Assembly (NCBI GenBank): GCA_964446575.1
Contig: CAYUOX010000075.1
Location: 23,580-87,579, forward strand
Direction: 5' to 3'
From: an uncultured Anaerolineaceae bacterium
Lineage (GTDB): Bacteria; Chloroflexota; Anaerolineae; Anaerolineales; DRMV01
Length of the DNA stretch: 64,000 nucleotides
A model generated the notes under the pieces. That model saw only the letters and a list, made by a program, of their open reading frames with translations. It did not search any database and was not told where the DNA came from. The position numbers and the translations under genes are program-made. Within the stretch, counting starts at the first letter, position 1. Each line of letters begins with the position of its first letter. Positions 18,395 through 28,518 of the stretch are shown one piece after another.

Positions 18395-19354
18395 ATGTAC
18401 GGTGACATCAAACTCTTCGCCGGTAGTTCGACGCCCGAACTGGCCGAGAAAGTCGCGCGCTATTTAGGCATCCCTCTGGAAGGGGTGGACCTCATCGAGT
18501 TCCCCAACGAAAATCTGTTTGCCCGCCTGCATCGCAGCGTGCGCGGGCAAGACGTGTACATCATCCAGACCACGTCCGCGCCCGTGCACCGCAACTTGAT
18601 GGAGTTGCTCATTTTGCTGCAAACCGTGCGTTTAGACTCCGCGGCCCGGGTGACCGCAGTCATCCCCTACTTGTGTTACGCGCGTTCCGACAAGAAAGAC
18701 CAACCGCGGGTACCCATCACCGCGCGGTTGGTGGCCGACATGATCCAAGTGGCTGGCGCAGACCGGTACATCACCTTCGACCTGCACGCGGGGCAGATTC
18801 AGGGCTTCTTCTCCATCCCCGGCGATGTGCTCACCGCGTTCCACCTGCTCATTGACTATACGCAGCGGCTGATCCCACACCTGCATCGGCCCGTGGTAGT
18901 AACCGCCGACCTGGGCTTTGCCAAAAAAGGCCGCAACTTCGCAGCCGCCCTGGGCTTGCCCATCGCGTTCGTCGAAAAGCGCCGCGACCCCGACGGCAAG
19001 CAAACCCATGTGCTCAGCGTCGTGGGGGATGTGCACGACCGCGATGTCATCTTGGTGGATGACGAAGTCGACACCGGCGGCTCCATGGTCAACGCTTATC
19101 ACGCGGTCAAAGCCCACGGCGCGCGGGATGTGTATCTGGCCTTCGTCCATCCCGTCTTTTCGGACCCCGCGGTCGAGCGCTTGAGCCGCTTGGACTTCAA
19201 GCGCATCATTACCACCGACACGGTGCCCATCCCGCCGCACAAGCGGGAGCCCCTGCGCGATCGCCTGGAAGTGCTCACCATCGCCCAAATGTTGGGCGAG
19301 GTCATTCGTCGCGTGCACGAAGGCCGCAGTGTTGGCGCGTTGTTCAACGAATAG
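18395..19354 (+). CDS. prs: Ribose-phosphate pyrophosphokinase
   Basis: YARSDKKD, DLHAGQIQGFF and VDDEVDTGGS PRPP-binding motifs. Confidence 0.97.
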   Translation: MYGDIKLFAGSSTPELAEKVARYLGIPLEGVDLIEFPNENLFARLHRSVRGQDVYIIQTTSAPVHRNLMELLILLQTVRLDSAARVTAVIPYLCYARSDKKDQPRVPITARLVADMIQVAGADRYITFDLHAGQIQGFFSIPGDVLTAFHLLIDYTQRLIPHLHRPVVVTADLGFAKKGRNFAAALGLPIAFVEKRRDPDGKQTHVLSVVGDVHDRDVILVDDEVDTGGSMVNAYHAVKAHGARDVYLAFVHPVFSDPAVERLSRLDFKRIITTDTVPIPPHKREPLRDRLEVLTIAQMLGEVIRRVHEGRSVGALFNE

Positions 19355-19368
19355 AGGGAGGTGCCCGC

Positions 19369-20154
19369 ATGGCTGACTCGACCCACCCGCAACCGCAGGC
19401 TGCCGACGCGCTGCCCCCCGCGGACGAAGTGCTGCCGCCCGCGGACCAGGCCTTGCCCCCCGCGGCCGTAGCCCCCAAACCGACCCGGCGCACGCCACGG
19501 TGGCTGTGGCAAGGCAAAATCGGACCCGCCTTTTGGACCATCGGCGCCGTGCTGTCGGTGGTGTTGAACATCGTTCTCATCGTGACTTTGTTGGTGCTGG
19601 CGCGCGAGTTGTTCACCCTCAAGGCCCTGCTTCAAGACCAAGTCTTGGGTGGCTTGGCGACCAACTTCCAAAAGATGGATGCCGCGGTCATCCGCACCGA
19701 AGTCACGGTCAACGACACCATTCCCATCAACTTCGACTTGCCCGTGCGCTTCGACCTGCCCGTGAACACCACCACCACGGTCACCTTATCAGAAGACACC
19801 TTTATTCGCGGCGCGCGGGTGGATTTGTACACCGGCGGTCTGACCATCACCAACGCGCCGGCCGACATCGTCTTGCCCGCGGGCACCGAATTGCCCATCC
19901 ACCTGTCTATCGTGGTGCCGGTCGACACCATCGTTCCGGTACAAGCCGACATTCCGGTCACGTTGAACGTGCCCGTGGCCATTCCGCTCAATGAAACCGA
20001 GTTGCACGAGCCCTTTGTGGGGCTGCAGCGGGTCGTTGAACCCTATTTGGACTTGCTGGAGCAAGCGCCCGACTCGTGGGAAGAGGCCCTCTGCGGGGCC
20101 GACGGCCAAGGGCCGCTGTGCTTCTTGGCGCCTTGGCTCAGCGGGGGCCGCTGA
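19369..20154 (+). CDS. Single-pass membrane protein with beta-strand-rich extracytoplasmic domain
   Basis: GGAGGTG RBS, LPPAD repeats, one TM helix and repeated V/I-P-V/I strands. Confidence 0.65.
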   Translation: MADSTHPQPQAADALPPADEVLPPADQALPPAAVAPKPTRRTPRWLWQGKIGPAFWTIGAVLSVVLNIVLIVTLLVLARELFTLKALLQDQVLGGLATNFQKMDAAVIRTEVTVNDTIPINFDLPVRFDLPVNTTTTVTLSEDTFIRGARVDLYTGGLTITNAPADIVLPAGTELPIHLSIVVPVDTIVPVQADIPVTLNVPVAIPLNETELHEPFVGLQRVVEPYLDLLEQAPDSWEEALCGADGQGPLCFLAPWLSGGR

Positions 20155-20201
20155 GGTTGGGGGACGGGCTCCGCGCGGGGCCCACGAGGATGCGAGCGAC
20201 C

Positions 20202-21032
20202 ATGCCTGAACTGCCCGAAGTCGAGACCATCGCCCGCGCGCTGCGGCAAGGCGGCCGTGGTGCGCGTCCCATCGTTGGGGCGCGGGTGCGCGCCGCGCGG
20301 GTGTTGTGGCCGCGCACCGTTGCCATGCCCGACGTGGCCGCCTTCGAGGCCCATTGGCCCGGCCGGGTCATCACCGGCATCGCCCGCCGAGGCAAGTTCC
20401 TGCGCCTCGAGGTGGACGCGGCCTGGCAAGCCCTGGTGCACCTGCGCATGAGTGGCGACCTGCTCGTGCAGCCCGCGACCGCCCCCCTACCGCGTCACAC
20501 CCGCCTGTACCTGGACCTGGACGACGGCCGGCGCCTGATCTTCGACGACCCGCGCAAATTTGGGCGTTGGTGGCTTACCACCGACCCCCAAACCGTGCTG
20601 GGCCACCTGGGGCCCGAACCCTTGGACCCTGCCTTCACCCCCGAACGGCTGGCGCAACGCTTGCGAGGGCGCCGCGCGCGCCTCAAAGCCCTGCTGTTGG
20701 ATCAAACCGTGCTGGCAGGCGTGGGCAACATTTATGCGGACGAAGCCTTGCACCGGGCCGGCTTGCACCCCCTGCGCCGAGCCCACACCCTCACCCACGA
20801 CGAGATCACGGCCTTGTGGCACGCCCTGCGCCAAGTGCTGCAAGAAGGCCTCGCCCTCAATGGCGCCAGCATCGACTGGATGTATCGAGGCGGCGCCTTC
20901 CAAAACCAGTTCCGCGTCTATGGCCGCAGCGGGCAGGTTTGTTATACTTGTGGCGAACGCATCCAACGGGTGCGGGTCGCACAACGCAGCACCCATTTTT
21001 GCCCGCGGTGTCAGCCCTTGCCTTCGGAGTGA
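20202..21032 (+). CDS. mutM: Formamidopyrimidine-DNA glycosylase
   Basis: N-terminal PELPEVET, RRGKFL, HLRMSG, GVGNIYADEAL and a C-terminal CxxC...CPRCQ zinc finger. Confidence 0.97.
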   Translation: MPELPEVETIARALRQGGRGARPIVGARVRAARVLWPRTVAMPDVAAFEAHWPGRVITGIARRGKFLRLEVDAAWQALVHLRMSGDLLVQPATAPLPRHTRLYLDLDDGRRLIFDDPRKFGRWWLTTDPQTVLGHLGPEPLDPAFTPERLAQRLRGRRARLKALLLDQTVLAGVGNIYADEALHRAGLHPLRRAHTLTHDEITALWHALRQVLQEGLALNGASIDWMYRGGAFQNQFRVYGRSGQVCYTCGERIQRVRVAQRSTHFCPRCQPLPSE

Positions 21033-21035
21033 GCC

Positions 21036-21623
21036 GTGCTGGGTTGGTTCTTCGCCCTGATCGTGTTTTTCGCCTTGGGTCTGGCCCTGGGGGCCGCCGT
21101 GGCCTGGTGGTACGCGCACCAAAACCCCCCATCGTCCGCCTCGGCCCCACCCGCCCCCGCCGCAGCCGAACCCGCGGCTGCCCAGGGGCTTGTGGTGCAG
21201 TGGGACCCCAACGCGGAGCACGAGATTCGGGTGCACTTCCAAGGGCGGGCCTACAAACGCTCGTGGGACCTGGACGACAAGACCCGCTACGAATTTCAGC
21301 GGTATCTGCACCGCCTCATCCGCTGGTTCGACCATCCTGGCGGCGAGGCAGCCGACCGCGCCGCGCCGCGGCGTGGCACAACGTCCACCCGGTTGTCCAC
21401 GGCCGCGGTGGTCGGCATGTACGAAGAGATTGACCAGGTGCTGCAAAACCTGATCCAGCAGCGCGGCATCCCGCATCGGGTGTCGTTGCGCTATGCCGCC
21501 GATGTGATGCAATTGTTCATCCATGTGGACGCGGAGCGCTACGAGCATGTCGACGACATCCCCGATGCGGAAATTCGAGCCCTGATTCGCGAAGCCGCGC
21601 GGCTGTGGGAGCAGCGCCGCTAA
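21036..21623 (+). CDS. Hypothetical protein with N-terminal TM anchor
   Basis: One hydrophobic helix, a Pro/Ala linker and a soluble domain. Fills the gap between mutM and the permease. Confidence 0.6.
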   Translation: MLGWFFALIVFFALGLALGAAVAWWYAHQNPPSSASAPPAPAAAEPAAAQGLVVQWDPNAEHEIRVHFQGRAYKRSWDLDDKTRYEFQRYLHRLIRWFDHPGGEAADRAAPRRGTTSTRLSTAAVVGMYEEIDQVLQNLIQQRGIPHRVSLRYAADVMQLFIHVDAERYEHVDDIPDAEIRALIREAARLWEQRR

Positions 21624-21644
21624 CCCCGCGCACGACGTCGCCCC

Positions 21645-23450
21645 ATGTTCACGACCTGGGACCCGGCTACGCAAACCTTGGTCCTGACCGGCTTGCTGGT
21701 GGTGCTGTTGCTCAGCGGCCGGTTGCGGGCCGAGGTAGTCGGCCTGCTGACATTGGTGGCCGTGGTCGGGCTGGGGCTGTTGCCCCCCGCGGGCGCGCTG
21801 GAGGGTTTTGCCTCGCCCGCGGTGGTAGCCCTGATCTTCATTTTCATCTTGGCCCAGAGTTTGGAAGCCTCGGGCGTGGCCGACGCGTTGGCCGCGCGAC
21901 TGGAAGGCTATACCGGCGCCAGTGAGAGCCGGGCCCTGGTGGTGGTGATGGCCGCGACCGCGCTGCTTTCGTTGTTCATGAACACCGCGGCCGCGGCTGC
22001 GGTGGTGCTGCCTTCGGCTTTGGAACTGGCCCGCCGTCAAAACTTCGCGCCCGCGCGCTTGCTGTTGCCCTTGGCCTATGCCGCGCTGCTGGGCGGTATG
22101 GCCACGCTGCTGACCACGGCCAACTTGGTCGTTAGCGCAGCCCTCGAGAGTCACGGCTACCGCCCCTTTGGCGTGTTGGACTTTTTGCCTATCGGCCTTC
22201 CGGCTACGGTGGTGGGCATTGGGTACATGGTCCTCTGGGGCCGACGGTTGTTGCCACGGGGGCCGGCCTCCGCGGAGCACATCCCCCACCAAAAGGCCTT
22301 GGCGGAAATGCTGCGGGCCTATGACTTGCAGCGCGGTGTGCACGTGTTGCGGGTCGGCCCCAATTCACCCTTGGTGGGCCGCCCGCCCCGACGGCCGCAC
22401 CTGGCACGCGCGTTGGGGCTGACCCCCGTGGGCGTCAAGCGCTTGGGGCAATGGCGGTTGATGCCCGACCTGACCGCGCGCGACCTGCCGCTGCAACCCG
22501 GCGACATTTTGGTGGTCATCGGCCAAGAGGACCCTCAGCAGTGGGCCGAGTATGACTTGCACCCCACCACCGACCCGGATGTATGGCCCGCGCTGCAGCA
22601 TCAGGATGGGCTGGCCGAAGTAGTCCCCCACCCCCGCGGGGAAGCCGTGGGCCAAACGCCGCAAGCCCTGCGTTTGCGCGAGAAGTACGGCGCGTTGGTG
22701 TTGGCCGTGTGGCGCGAAGGCCGCGCCATCCACCACGGCCTGCATCGTCTGCCCCTGCGCTTGGGGGATGTGCTTTTGCTCTTGGGGCCGCCCGCGCGGC
22801 TGGCGTTGTTGGAACACGACCCCGACTGGCTGCTGTTGCGTCGGCCGCGGACCCGGCGCGCCCGCCCGCGGTGGCATCCGTGGGTTGCGGCGGGGGCCAT
22901 GCTGTTGGCGTTGGGGTTGACCGCGGCGCAGATCTTCCCGCTGCCCATCGCGGCCATCGTCGCCGCGGCGGTGGTGTTGGGTCTGGGCATTGTCCAGCCC
23001 GAAGAGGCCTATCGCGCGGTGCCGTGGCGGGCGATTTTTCTCATCGCGGGGGTGTTCCCACTGAGTTTGGCCCTCACCCGCACTGGCGCGGCCGCGCGTT
23101 TGGTGCAAGCCGTGTTCGCGCCTTTGCAGCACGCGCCACCGCGCGTGTTCGGTGCGCTCATGGTGCTGCTGGCCGCGGCCTTGGCCCAGGTCATGAGCGG
23201 CCAGGTGGCCGCGTTGGTGCTCGCGCCGCTGGCGATCTCGCTGGCCGAGAGCCGCGGCCTGAGCGTGTATGGCCTGAGCATGGCCGTGGCTGTGGGCGCG
23301 TCCATGGCCTTCGTCCTCCCCACAGGGCACGCGGTCAATCTGCTGGTGATGGGGCCGGGCGGCTATCGCCCGCGCGACTACGTTCGGGTGGGATTGCCTT
23401 TGTTGCTGCTGCTGGTGCCAGTGGTGGCCCTGCTGTTGCCTGGCCTGTGA
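21645..23450 (+). CDS. SLC13/CitMHS-type permease with two TrkA-C (RCK-C) domains
   Basis: SLFMNTAA, GGMATLLTTANL, central TrkA-C repeats and C-terminal GPGGYRPRDYVRVG. Confidence 0.9.
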   Translation: MFTTWDPATQTLVLTGLLVVLLLSGRLRAEVVGLLTLVAVVGLGLLPPAGALEGFASPAVVALIFIFILAQSLEASGVADALAARLEGYTGASESRALVVVMAATALLSLFMNTAAAAAVVLPSALELARRQNFAPARLLLPLAYAALLGGMATLLTTANLVVSAALESHGYRPFGVLDFLPIGLPATVVGIGYMVLWGRRLLPRGPASAEHIPHQKALAEMLRAYDLQRGVHVLRVGPNSPLVGRPPRRPHLARALGLTPVGVKRLGQWRLMPDLTARDLPLQPGDILVVIGQEDPQQWAEYDLHPTTDPDVWPALQHQDGLAEVVPHPRGEAVGQTPQALRLREKYGALVLAVWREGRAIHHGLHRLPLRLGDVLLLLGPPARLALLEHDPDWLLLRRPRTRRARPRWHPWVAAGAMLLALGLTAAQIFPLPIAAIVAAAVVLGLGIVQPEEAYRAVPWRAIFLIAGVFPLSLALTRTGAAARLVQAVFAPLQHAPPRVFGALMVLLAAALAQVMSGQVAALVLAPLAISLAESRGLSVYGLSMAVAVGASMAFVLPTGHAVNLLVMGPGGYRPRDYVRVGLPLLLLLVPVVALLLPGL

Positions 23451-23468
23451 CGCGGGCACATTGCGCAC

Positions 23469-24977
23469 TCAGGGGCACTCGTCCGCGTAGGCGGGCAATG
23501 GGTTGTCCGCGGCCCAGTCCGCGCCCAAATACACCGCGATCTCAGCCGCGGCCGCGTCGGGTGTGGCAGCCAAGGCGGTGTGCACTACGGCTTCAGGGGG
23601 CACGCGCAGCATTTGCTGCAACAAGGCCAGCGTCGCGGGCTTGTTGGCCGCGTTGACGATGGCGGTACGTTCGCGATAAGCGTCCGCGTTGCCGGTGTGC
23701 ACCACCCAAAAGCCATACGTGCGTAAATACTGCGCGGTGCGGCAAGCCAAACCAGGCTCGCCGGCCGCGTTGTACAAGGCAATGCGCGCCATTTCTTGCC
23801 GCGCCACAGGCCACCAATCGGGCGTCGGGGTCGGGCTGGGCCGTAAGGTAGGCGTTGGCCGCGCGGGCGTGCGCCACACCGGCACAGGCGTGGCCGTCGG
23901 CTCCGCAGGCCCGGGGTGCAAGAGGACCTCATCTCGCAGCGCGCGCAAAGCCTCGGGCTGGGGCAACAGCACATACACGCCGTTAATCATCTGCGCAGGG
24001 GCCTGGTCTTGCGTCACCACCGCGAAACGAATGTGCGTGGTCGGCACTTGGCGCAATTGCCAAGCCAGGTTCACAGCGTCGCTCAAAGCGAGATTGGTCC
24101 AAACCCCATGGCGCACTTGATTGTACAAAGCAGGGAGTTGCGGCAGCAGCCGCTCCCATGTTTGCGGGTGCTTCAGCCGTTCATACACGCCCCACAGCAC
24201 CTGCTGTTGCCGGGCCATGCGTCCGAAATCGCCATTGGCATCGGCCCGAAAACGCACGTATCCTAAAGCCATCTCGCCGTTGAGGGTTTGCCGCTCGGGC
24301 TTGAGCCGCACTGGCCGATACGCGCCGGTGCGCGGATCATGAAGGCCGATGACCACGGGTTCGGGTACCTCTACGACCACCCCCCCCAATGCGTCAATGG
24401 CCGTGACGAACGCGGCGTAGTTGACCACCGCGTAATGCCGAATGTCCAAATCCAACAAGTCGCTGACCACCCGCAGCGCGTAGCGCGCGCCGCCGTGGGG
24501 CCCAGCCTGGGCAAACCCGGCCGCAAAGGCCATGTTCAACTTCTGCGGGTACGCGGGCCATTCGGGCACATCCACCTTCAAGTCCCGAGGCAACGAAAGC
24601 ACACCCACGGCCTGCTGCTCAGGATGATAAGCCAACACCAGCAGCGTATCGCTGCGGGGCGGGCCCCAGTTCTGCACCCAGGGACGGTCATCCACCCCCA
24701 GCAGCAAGATGAAAATCGGCGAATGCCCATCCCAGGGCTCGGGCGTGGCTTGACCCACCGCAATGGGGGGGAGCGCGGTCAGGAACGCGGCCACATCGAC
24801 GGTGGCCGAAGGCTGCGGCGCGTAGGGCAAGGTTGGCGCGGGCGGTCGGGCCGCGGCCCAGGCCCGAGACAGCATCCAGCCCAAGGCCAAGAGCCCCAAC
24901 CCGACCGCGAGCCCTGCGGCCCACCAACGCCATGTCCGCCCCCAGCCCCCACGGGGATCAAGCCGCACGCGCGCCAC
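23469..24977 (-). CDS. LCP (LytR-CpsA-Psr) family protein with LytR C-terminal domain
   Basis: TM helix, LLGVD.R, RSDTL, SLPRDL, YVRFR...DFGRMARQQ, and a LytR_C domain (LYNAAGEPGLA). Confidence 0.92.
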   Translation of the reverse strand: MARVRLDPRGGWGRTWRWWAAGLAVGLGLLALGWMLSRAWAAARPPAPTLPYAPQPSATVDVAAFLTALPPIAVGQATPEPWDGHSPIFILLLGVDDRPWVQNWGPPRSDTLLVLAYHPEQQAVGVLSLPRDLKVDVPEWPAYPQKLNMAFAAGFAQAGPHGGARYALRVVSDLLDLDIRHYAVVNYAAFVTAIDALGGVVVEVPEPVVIGLHDPRTGAYRPVRLKPERQTLNGEMALGYVRFRADANGDFGRMARQQQVLWGVYERLKHPQTWERLLPQLPALYNQVRHGVWTNLALSDAVNLAWQLRQVPTTHIRFAVVTQDQAPAQMINGVYVLLPQPEALRALRDEVLLHPGPAEPTATPVPVWRTPARPTPTLRPSPTPTPDWWPVARQEMARIALYNAAGEPGLACRTAQYLRTYGFWVVHTGNADAYRERTAIVNAANKPATLALLQQMLRVPPEAVVHTALAATPDAAAAEIAVYLGADWAADNPLPAYADECP

Positions 24978-25953
24978 GGAACACCTCGGGGTTCACCGCG
25001 TGGGGCAAGGGACGCCCCTCCAGCCCGGCCAGCAAATTGGCCACGGCCAAACGGGCCATACGCTCGCGCGTGCCGTAGGTGGCCGAGCCAATGTGCGGCG
25101 TGATGATCACATTGGGCAGGTGATACAGCGGGTGGCTGGGCGGCAACGGCTCAGGGTCGGTGACATCCAGCGCCGCGCCGGCAATCCAACCTTGGCGCAG
25201 CGCGTGCACCAACGCGTCGGTGTCCACCACCGGGCCGCGGGCCATGTTCACCAAATACGCGCTGGGCTTCATGCGCCGCAACTCGGCTTCGCGGATGAGC
25301 CCGCGGGTCGCGGGGGTCAGGGGCACGTGCAGGCTGACGAAGTCGCTCTCTTGCAGCAACTGGGCCAAAGGCACCCGTCGCGCGGCCAGCGCGATTTCGG
25401 CCTGCGGCTTGGGGCTGCGGCTGGTGTAGAGGATGCGCATTCCAAAGCCGCGCGCGCGGCGAGCCACGGCCTGGCCAATCGCGCCAAAGCCCACAATGCC
25501 CAACGTGCGGCCGGCCAGGTCCGCGCCCAGCCAGCGTGTGGCCGACCACAAACCCCAGCGGCCCGCGCGCGCGTCCTCCGCGGCCGTAAACACCCCGCGG
25601 GCCACGGCCAACAGCAGCGCCCAAGTCAAATCGGCGACCGCGTCGGTGAGCACGCCCGGCGTGTGCCCCACGGGGATGCCGCGGCGAGTGCACTCGGCCA
25701 CATCAATATTGTCCACCCCCACCGCGTAATTGCTGACAACCCGTAGCCGTGGCATACGGGCCAGCAGGGCCGCATCCACCCGATCCGTAAGCCAAGTGAG
25801 CAGCCCTTCGGCCTCGGCCAAATAGGGCTCCAGTTCGGGCGCCACGCCGGCCACATCCGCGGGGCCCACCACCAAACGCACCCGCTCGGGCAGCGGCGCA
25901 ATCCACGCCGCGGGCAAAGGATGCGTCAAGATGACCAAGGGCTTGTCGCTCAT
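24958..25953 (-). CDS. D-2-hydroxyacid dehydrogenase (glyoxylate reductase / D-glycerate dehydrogenase type)
   Basis: AVGVDNID, GIVGFGAIG, LVNMARG, LDVTDPEP and TPHIGSAT motifs. Confidence 0.93.
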   Translation of the reverse strand: MSDKPLVILTHPLPAAWIAPLPERVRLVVGPADVAGVAPELEPYLAEAEGLLTWLTDRVDAALLARMPRLRVVSNYAVGVDNIDVAECTRRGIPVGHTPGVLTDAVADLTWALLLAVARGVFTAAEDARAGRWGLWSATRWLGADLAGRTLGIVGFGAIGQAVARRARGFGMRILYTSRSPKPQAEIALAARRVPLAQLLQESDFVSLHVPLTPATRGLIREAELRRMKPSAYLVNMARGPVVDTDALVHALRQGWIAGAALDVTDPEPLPPSHPLYHLPNVIITPHIGSATYGTRERMARLAVANLLAGLEGRPLPHAVNPEVFRGARAA

Positions 25954-26022
25954 ACGTCCCCTCACGGCTTGATCATGAGGATGGGAAAAAACTCCGAGAG
26001 GGGGCCAGGGGCCGCCGCGACG

Positions 26023-26838
26023 TCACGCGTGCGTCCACACCCAGGCCCCCAACGCCGCGCAATAGACAACAAAAGGCCACAAACTGTGCCGGGCCAAAAA
26101 ACCCAACAGCGCCCGAATCGCGCCATACCCCGACACCACGGCCGCGGCGAACCCCACGAGCAACGCGGCGCCGAACTCGCCGCTCGCGGGCAACGCGGCC
26201 CAATCGCGCAGGGCCAAGGCCCCCGCGCCCAACATGATGGGCACAGCCATGAGAAAAGAGAAACGCGCCGCGGCCGGGCGCTGCAAATCGCGCGCCATCC
26301 CCGCGGCAATGGTCGCGCCCGAGCGCGACACGCCAGGAAGCAAAGCCAACGCCTGCCCCGCGCCGATCCAGAGCGCGTCGCGCCAGGTCAAATCGTGCAG
26401 GGTGCGTCGTGAGCGGCCGAGCCATTCGCCCCCGGCCATCCAAGCCGCGGTGAACAGCAAAAAGCCGCCCACCAGCCGTGGGGCCGAGAACACGGCCGCA
26501 ATGCGCGCCTTGAACAGCGCGCCCGCAACGGCCGCGGGCACCGTCGCGAGGGCCACGGCCAAAAGCAAACGCACCTGCGGATCTCGCGTCAGCGCCCCAG
26601 GTGAGCGTCGCGCCCGCCACAACGCGCGCGCCATGGCCACCCAATCGCGGCGAAAATACACCAGCACCGCGACCAAAGTGCCCAACTGCACCAACACATC
26701 GAAGATAAAGGCCTGGTCAGGGTCAAGGGACCAGCCCAACGCGTGGGGCACCAGCACCAAGTGCGCGCTGCTGGAGATGGGCAGGAACTCGGTCAACCCT
26801 TGCACCACGCCCAAAATCAAGGCCTGCCACCAAGTCAT
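26023..26838 (-). CDS. uppP: Undecaprenyl-diphosphate phosphatase
   Basis: GVVQGLTEFLPISSSAH and PGVSRSGATI motifs. Confidence 0.96.
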   Translation of the reverse strand: MTWWQALILGVVQGLTEFLPISSSAHLVLVPHALGWSLDPDQAFIFDVLVQLGTLVAVLVYFRRDWVAMARALWRARRSPGALTRDPQVRLLLAVALATVPAAVAGALFKARIAAVFSAPRLVGGFLLFTAAWMAGGEWLGRSRRTLHDLTWRDALWIGAGQALALLPGVSRSGATIAAGMARDLQRPAAARFSFLMAVPIMLGAGALALRDWAALPASGEFGAALLVGFAAAVVSGYGAIRALLGFLARHSLWPFVVYCAALGAWVWTHA

Positions 26839-26909
26839 TGCCACCTCCCTGGCCAAGGCCCACCCTGTGGGCACCCGGATCATTGTACCGCGGCTCGCGC
26901 CCCCAGGGT

Positions 26910-26945
26910 AGCCGCAAAAACACGACGGGGCCTGACCGGCCCCGC
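26910..26945 (-). terminator. Probable terminator after livF
   Basis: CGGGGCC/GGCCCCG hairpin followed on the minus strand by TTTTT. Confidence 0.5.
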
Positions 26946-26973
26946 CGCATTTCAGACCCGAGCCGCTCGAGGG

Positions 26974-27687
26974 TTATTCCATGCCCAGATAGGTCTTCTG
27001 CACCATCTCGTTGTTACGCAAGTTCTCGGCCGTGTCCGCGAGCACGATCTCGCCGGTGCGCAACACATAGCCGCGATGGGCAATTTGCAGGGCCATGAGC
27101 GCGTTCTGCTCCACCAACAGGATGGTGGTCCCTTGACGATTGATCTCTTGGATGATGTCGAAGATGCTCTCGACCAGAATCGGCGCCAGGCCCATAGAGG
27201 GTTCGTCCAACAGCAAAATCTTGGGGCGGCTCATCAGCGCGCGGCCGATGGCCAACATCTGCTGTTCACCGCCCGACAGGGTGCCCGCGGCCTGGCCCTG
27301 ACGCTCTTTCAACCGCGGAAAGAGGGTGAACACCCGCTCCAAGTCTTCGGCAATGCCTTGGCGGTCATCGCGCGTGTAGGCCCCGAGTTCCAGGTTCTCC
27401 AAGACGGTCAGGCGCGCAAACACCCCGCGACCCTCGGGCACCATGGAGACGCCTTTGAGCACGATCTCGTGGGTGCGATATTGGGAGAGATCTTCGCCGT
27501 TCAAGATGACCTTGCCCTCGCGCGGGGGCAACAACATGGTAATGACCCGCAAGGTGGTGGTCTTGCCCGCGCCATTGGCGCCGATGAGGGTCACGATTTC
27601 GCCTTCGTCCACCGTGAGCGAGATGCCCTTAAGCGCGTGGATGTTGCCGTAGTAAGCGTGCACGTTGTGCAATTCCAACAGAGCCAT
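26974..27687 (-). CDS. livF: Branched-chain amino acid ABC transporter ATP-binding subunit
   Basis: GANGAGKTT, LSGGEQQMLAIGRALM and LLDEPSMGLAP motifs. Confidence 0.95.
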   Translation of the reverse strand: MALLELHNVHAYYGNIHALKGISLTVDEGEIVTLIGANGAGKTTTLRVITMLLPPREGKVILNGEDLSQYRTHEIVLKGVSMVPEGRGVFARLTVLENLELGAYTRDDRQGIAEDLERVFTLFPRLKERQGQAAGTLSGGEQQMLAIGRALMSRPKILLLDEPSMGLAPILVESIFDIIQEINRQGTTILLVEQNALMALQIAHRGYVLRTGEIVLADTAENLRNNEMVQKTYLGME

Positions 27688-27698
27688 GACGACCTCCC

Positions 27699-28508
27699 TC
27701 ACGCGGCCTGAGCCGTGGCCTCGGCTTCGGACAGGCCCGAGGCCGCGCCGCGGCCCAAATACGCTTCGATCACCCGCGGGTTGCGCTGAATCTCTTCGGG
27801 TTTGCCTTCCGCGATTTTGGTACCGAAGTCCAGCACGGTGATCTTTTCGCTGATGGTCATCACCACTTTCATGTCATGCTCAATGAGCAGAATGGTCAAG
27901 TTCCAGTCGTCGCGCAACTTGCGGATGAACTCGATCATCTCCGCGGTTTCTTGGGGGTTCATACCCGCGGTGGGTTCGTCGAGCAAGAGCAGTTTGGGCT
28001 CACTGGCCAGGGCGCGGGCGATTTCCAACCGCCGCTGCGCGCCATAAGGCAGGCTGTCGGCCTGGTGATTGGCCCATTCGGTCAGGCCGATGTACTCCAA
28101 CAACTCCCACGCGCGGCGCAGCACCTTGCGCTCTTCGCGTACGAACGCGGGGGTGTGAAGCACGGCATCCCACCAGTGCAAGCCCAGGCGCGGGTGCATA
28201 CCCACCATCACGTTTTCGATGGCGCTCATCTTGCCGAAAAGGCGGATGTTCTGATAGGTGCGGGCAATGCCCATGCTGGTGATTTTGTCCGGCCGTAGGC
28301 CCTGGATTTCCTTGCCCTCGAATTCGATGACGCCTTCTTCGGGTACATAAAAGCCGGTGATGCAGTTGAAGAAGGTAGTCTTGCCCGCGCCATTGGGGCC
28401 GATGACGCTGGCGATGGCATGTTCTTCGATCTCGAAGTCCAACTCGTTGACGGCGACCAGGCCGCCAAAGCGTTTGGTGACTTTGCGTGCCACAAGAATG
28501 GGTGCCAT
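27699..28508 (-). CDS. livG: Branched-chain amino acid ABC transporter ATP-binding subunit
   Basis: GPNGAGKTT, LPYGAQRRLEIARALA, LDEPTAGMN and VIEAYLG motifs. Confidence 0.95.
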   Translation of the reverse strand: MAPILVARKVTKRFGGLVAVNELDFEIEEHAIASVIGPNGAGKTTFFNCITGFYVPEEGVIEFEGKEIQGLRPDKITSMGIARTYQNIRLFGKMSAIENVMVGMHPRLGLHWWDAVLHTPAFVREERKVLRRAWELLEYIGLTEWANHQADSLPYGAQRRLEIARALASEPKLLLLDEPTAGMNPQETAEMIEFIRKLRDDWNLTILLIEHDMKVVMTISEKITVLDFGTKIAEGKPEEIQRNPRVIEAYLGRGAASGLSEAEATAQAA

Positions 28509-28518
28509 GGTTGCCTCC

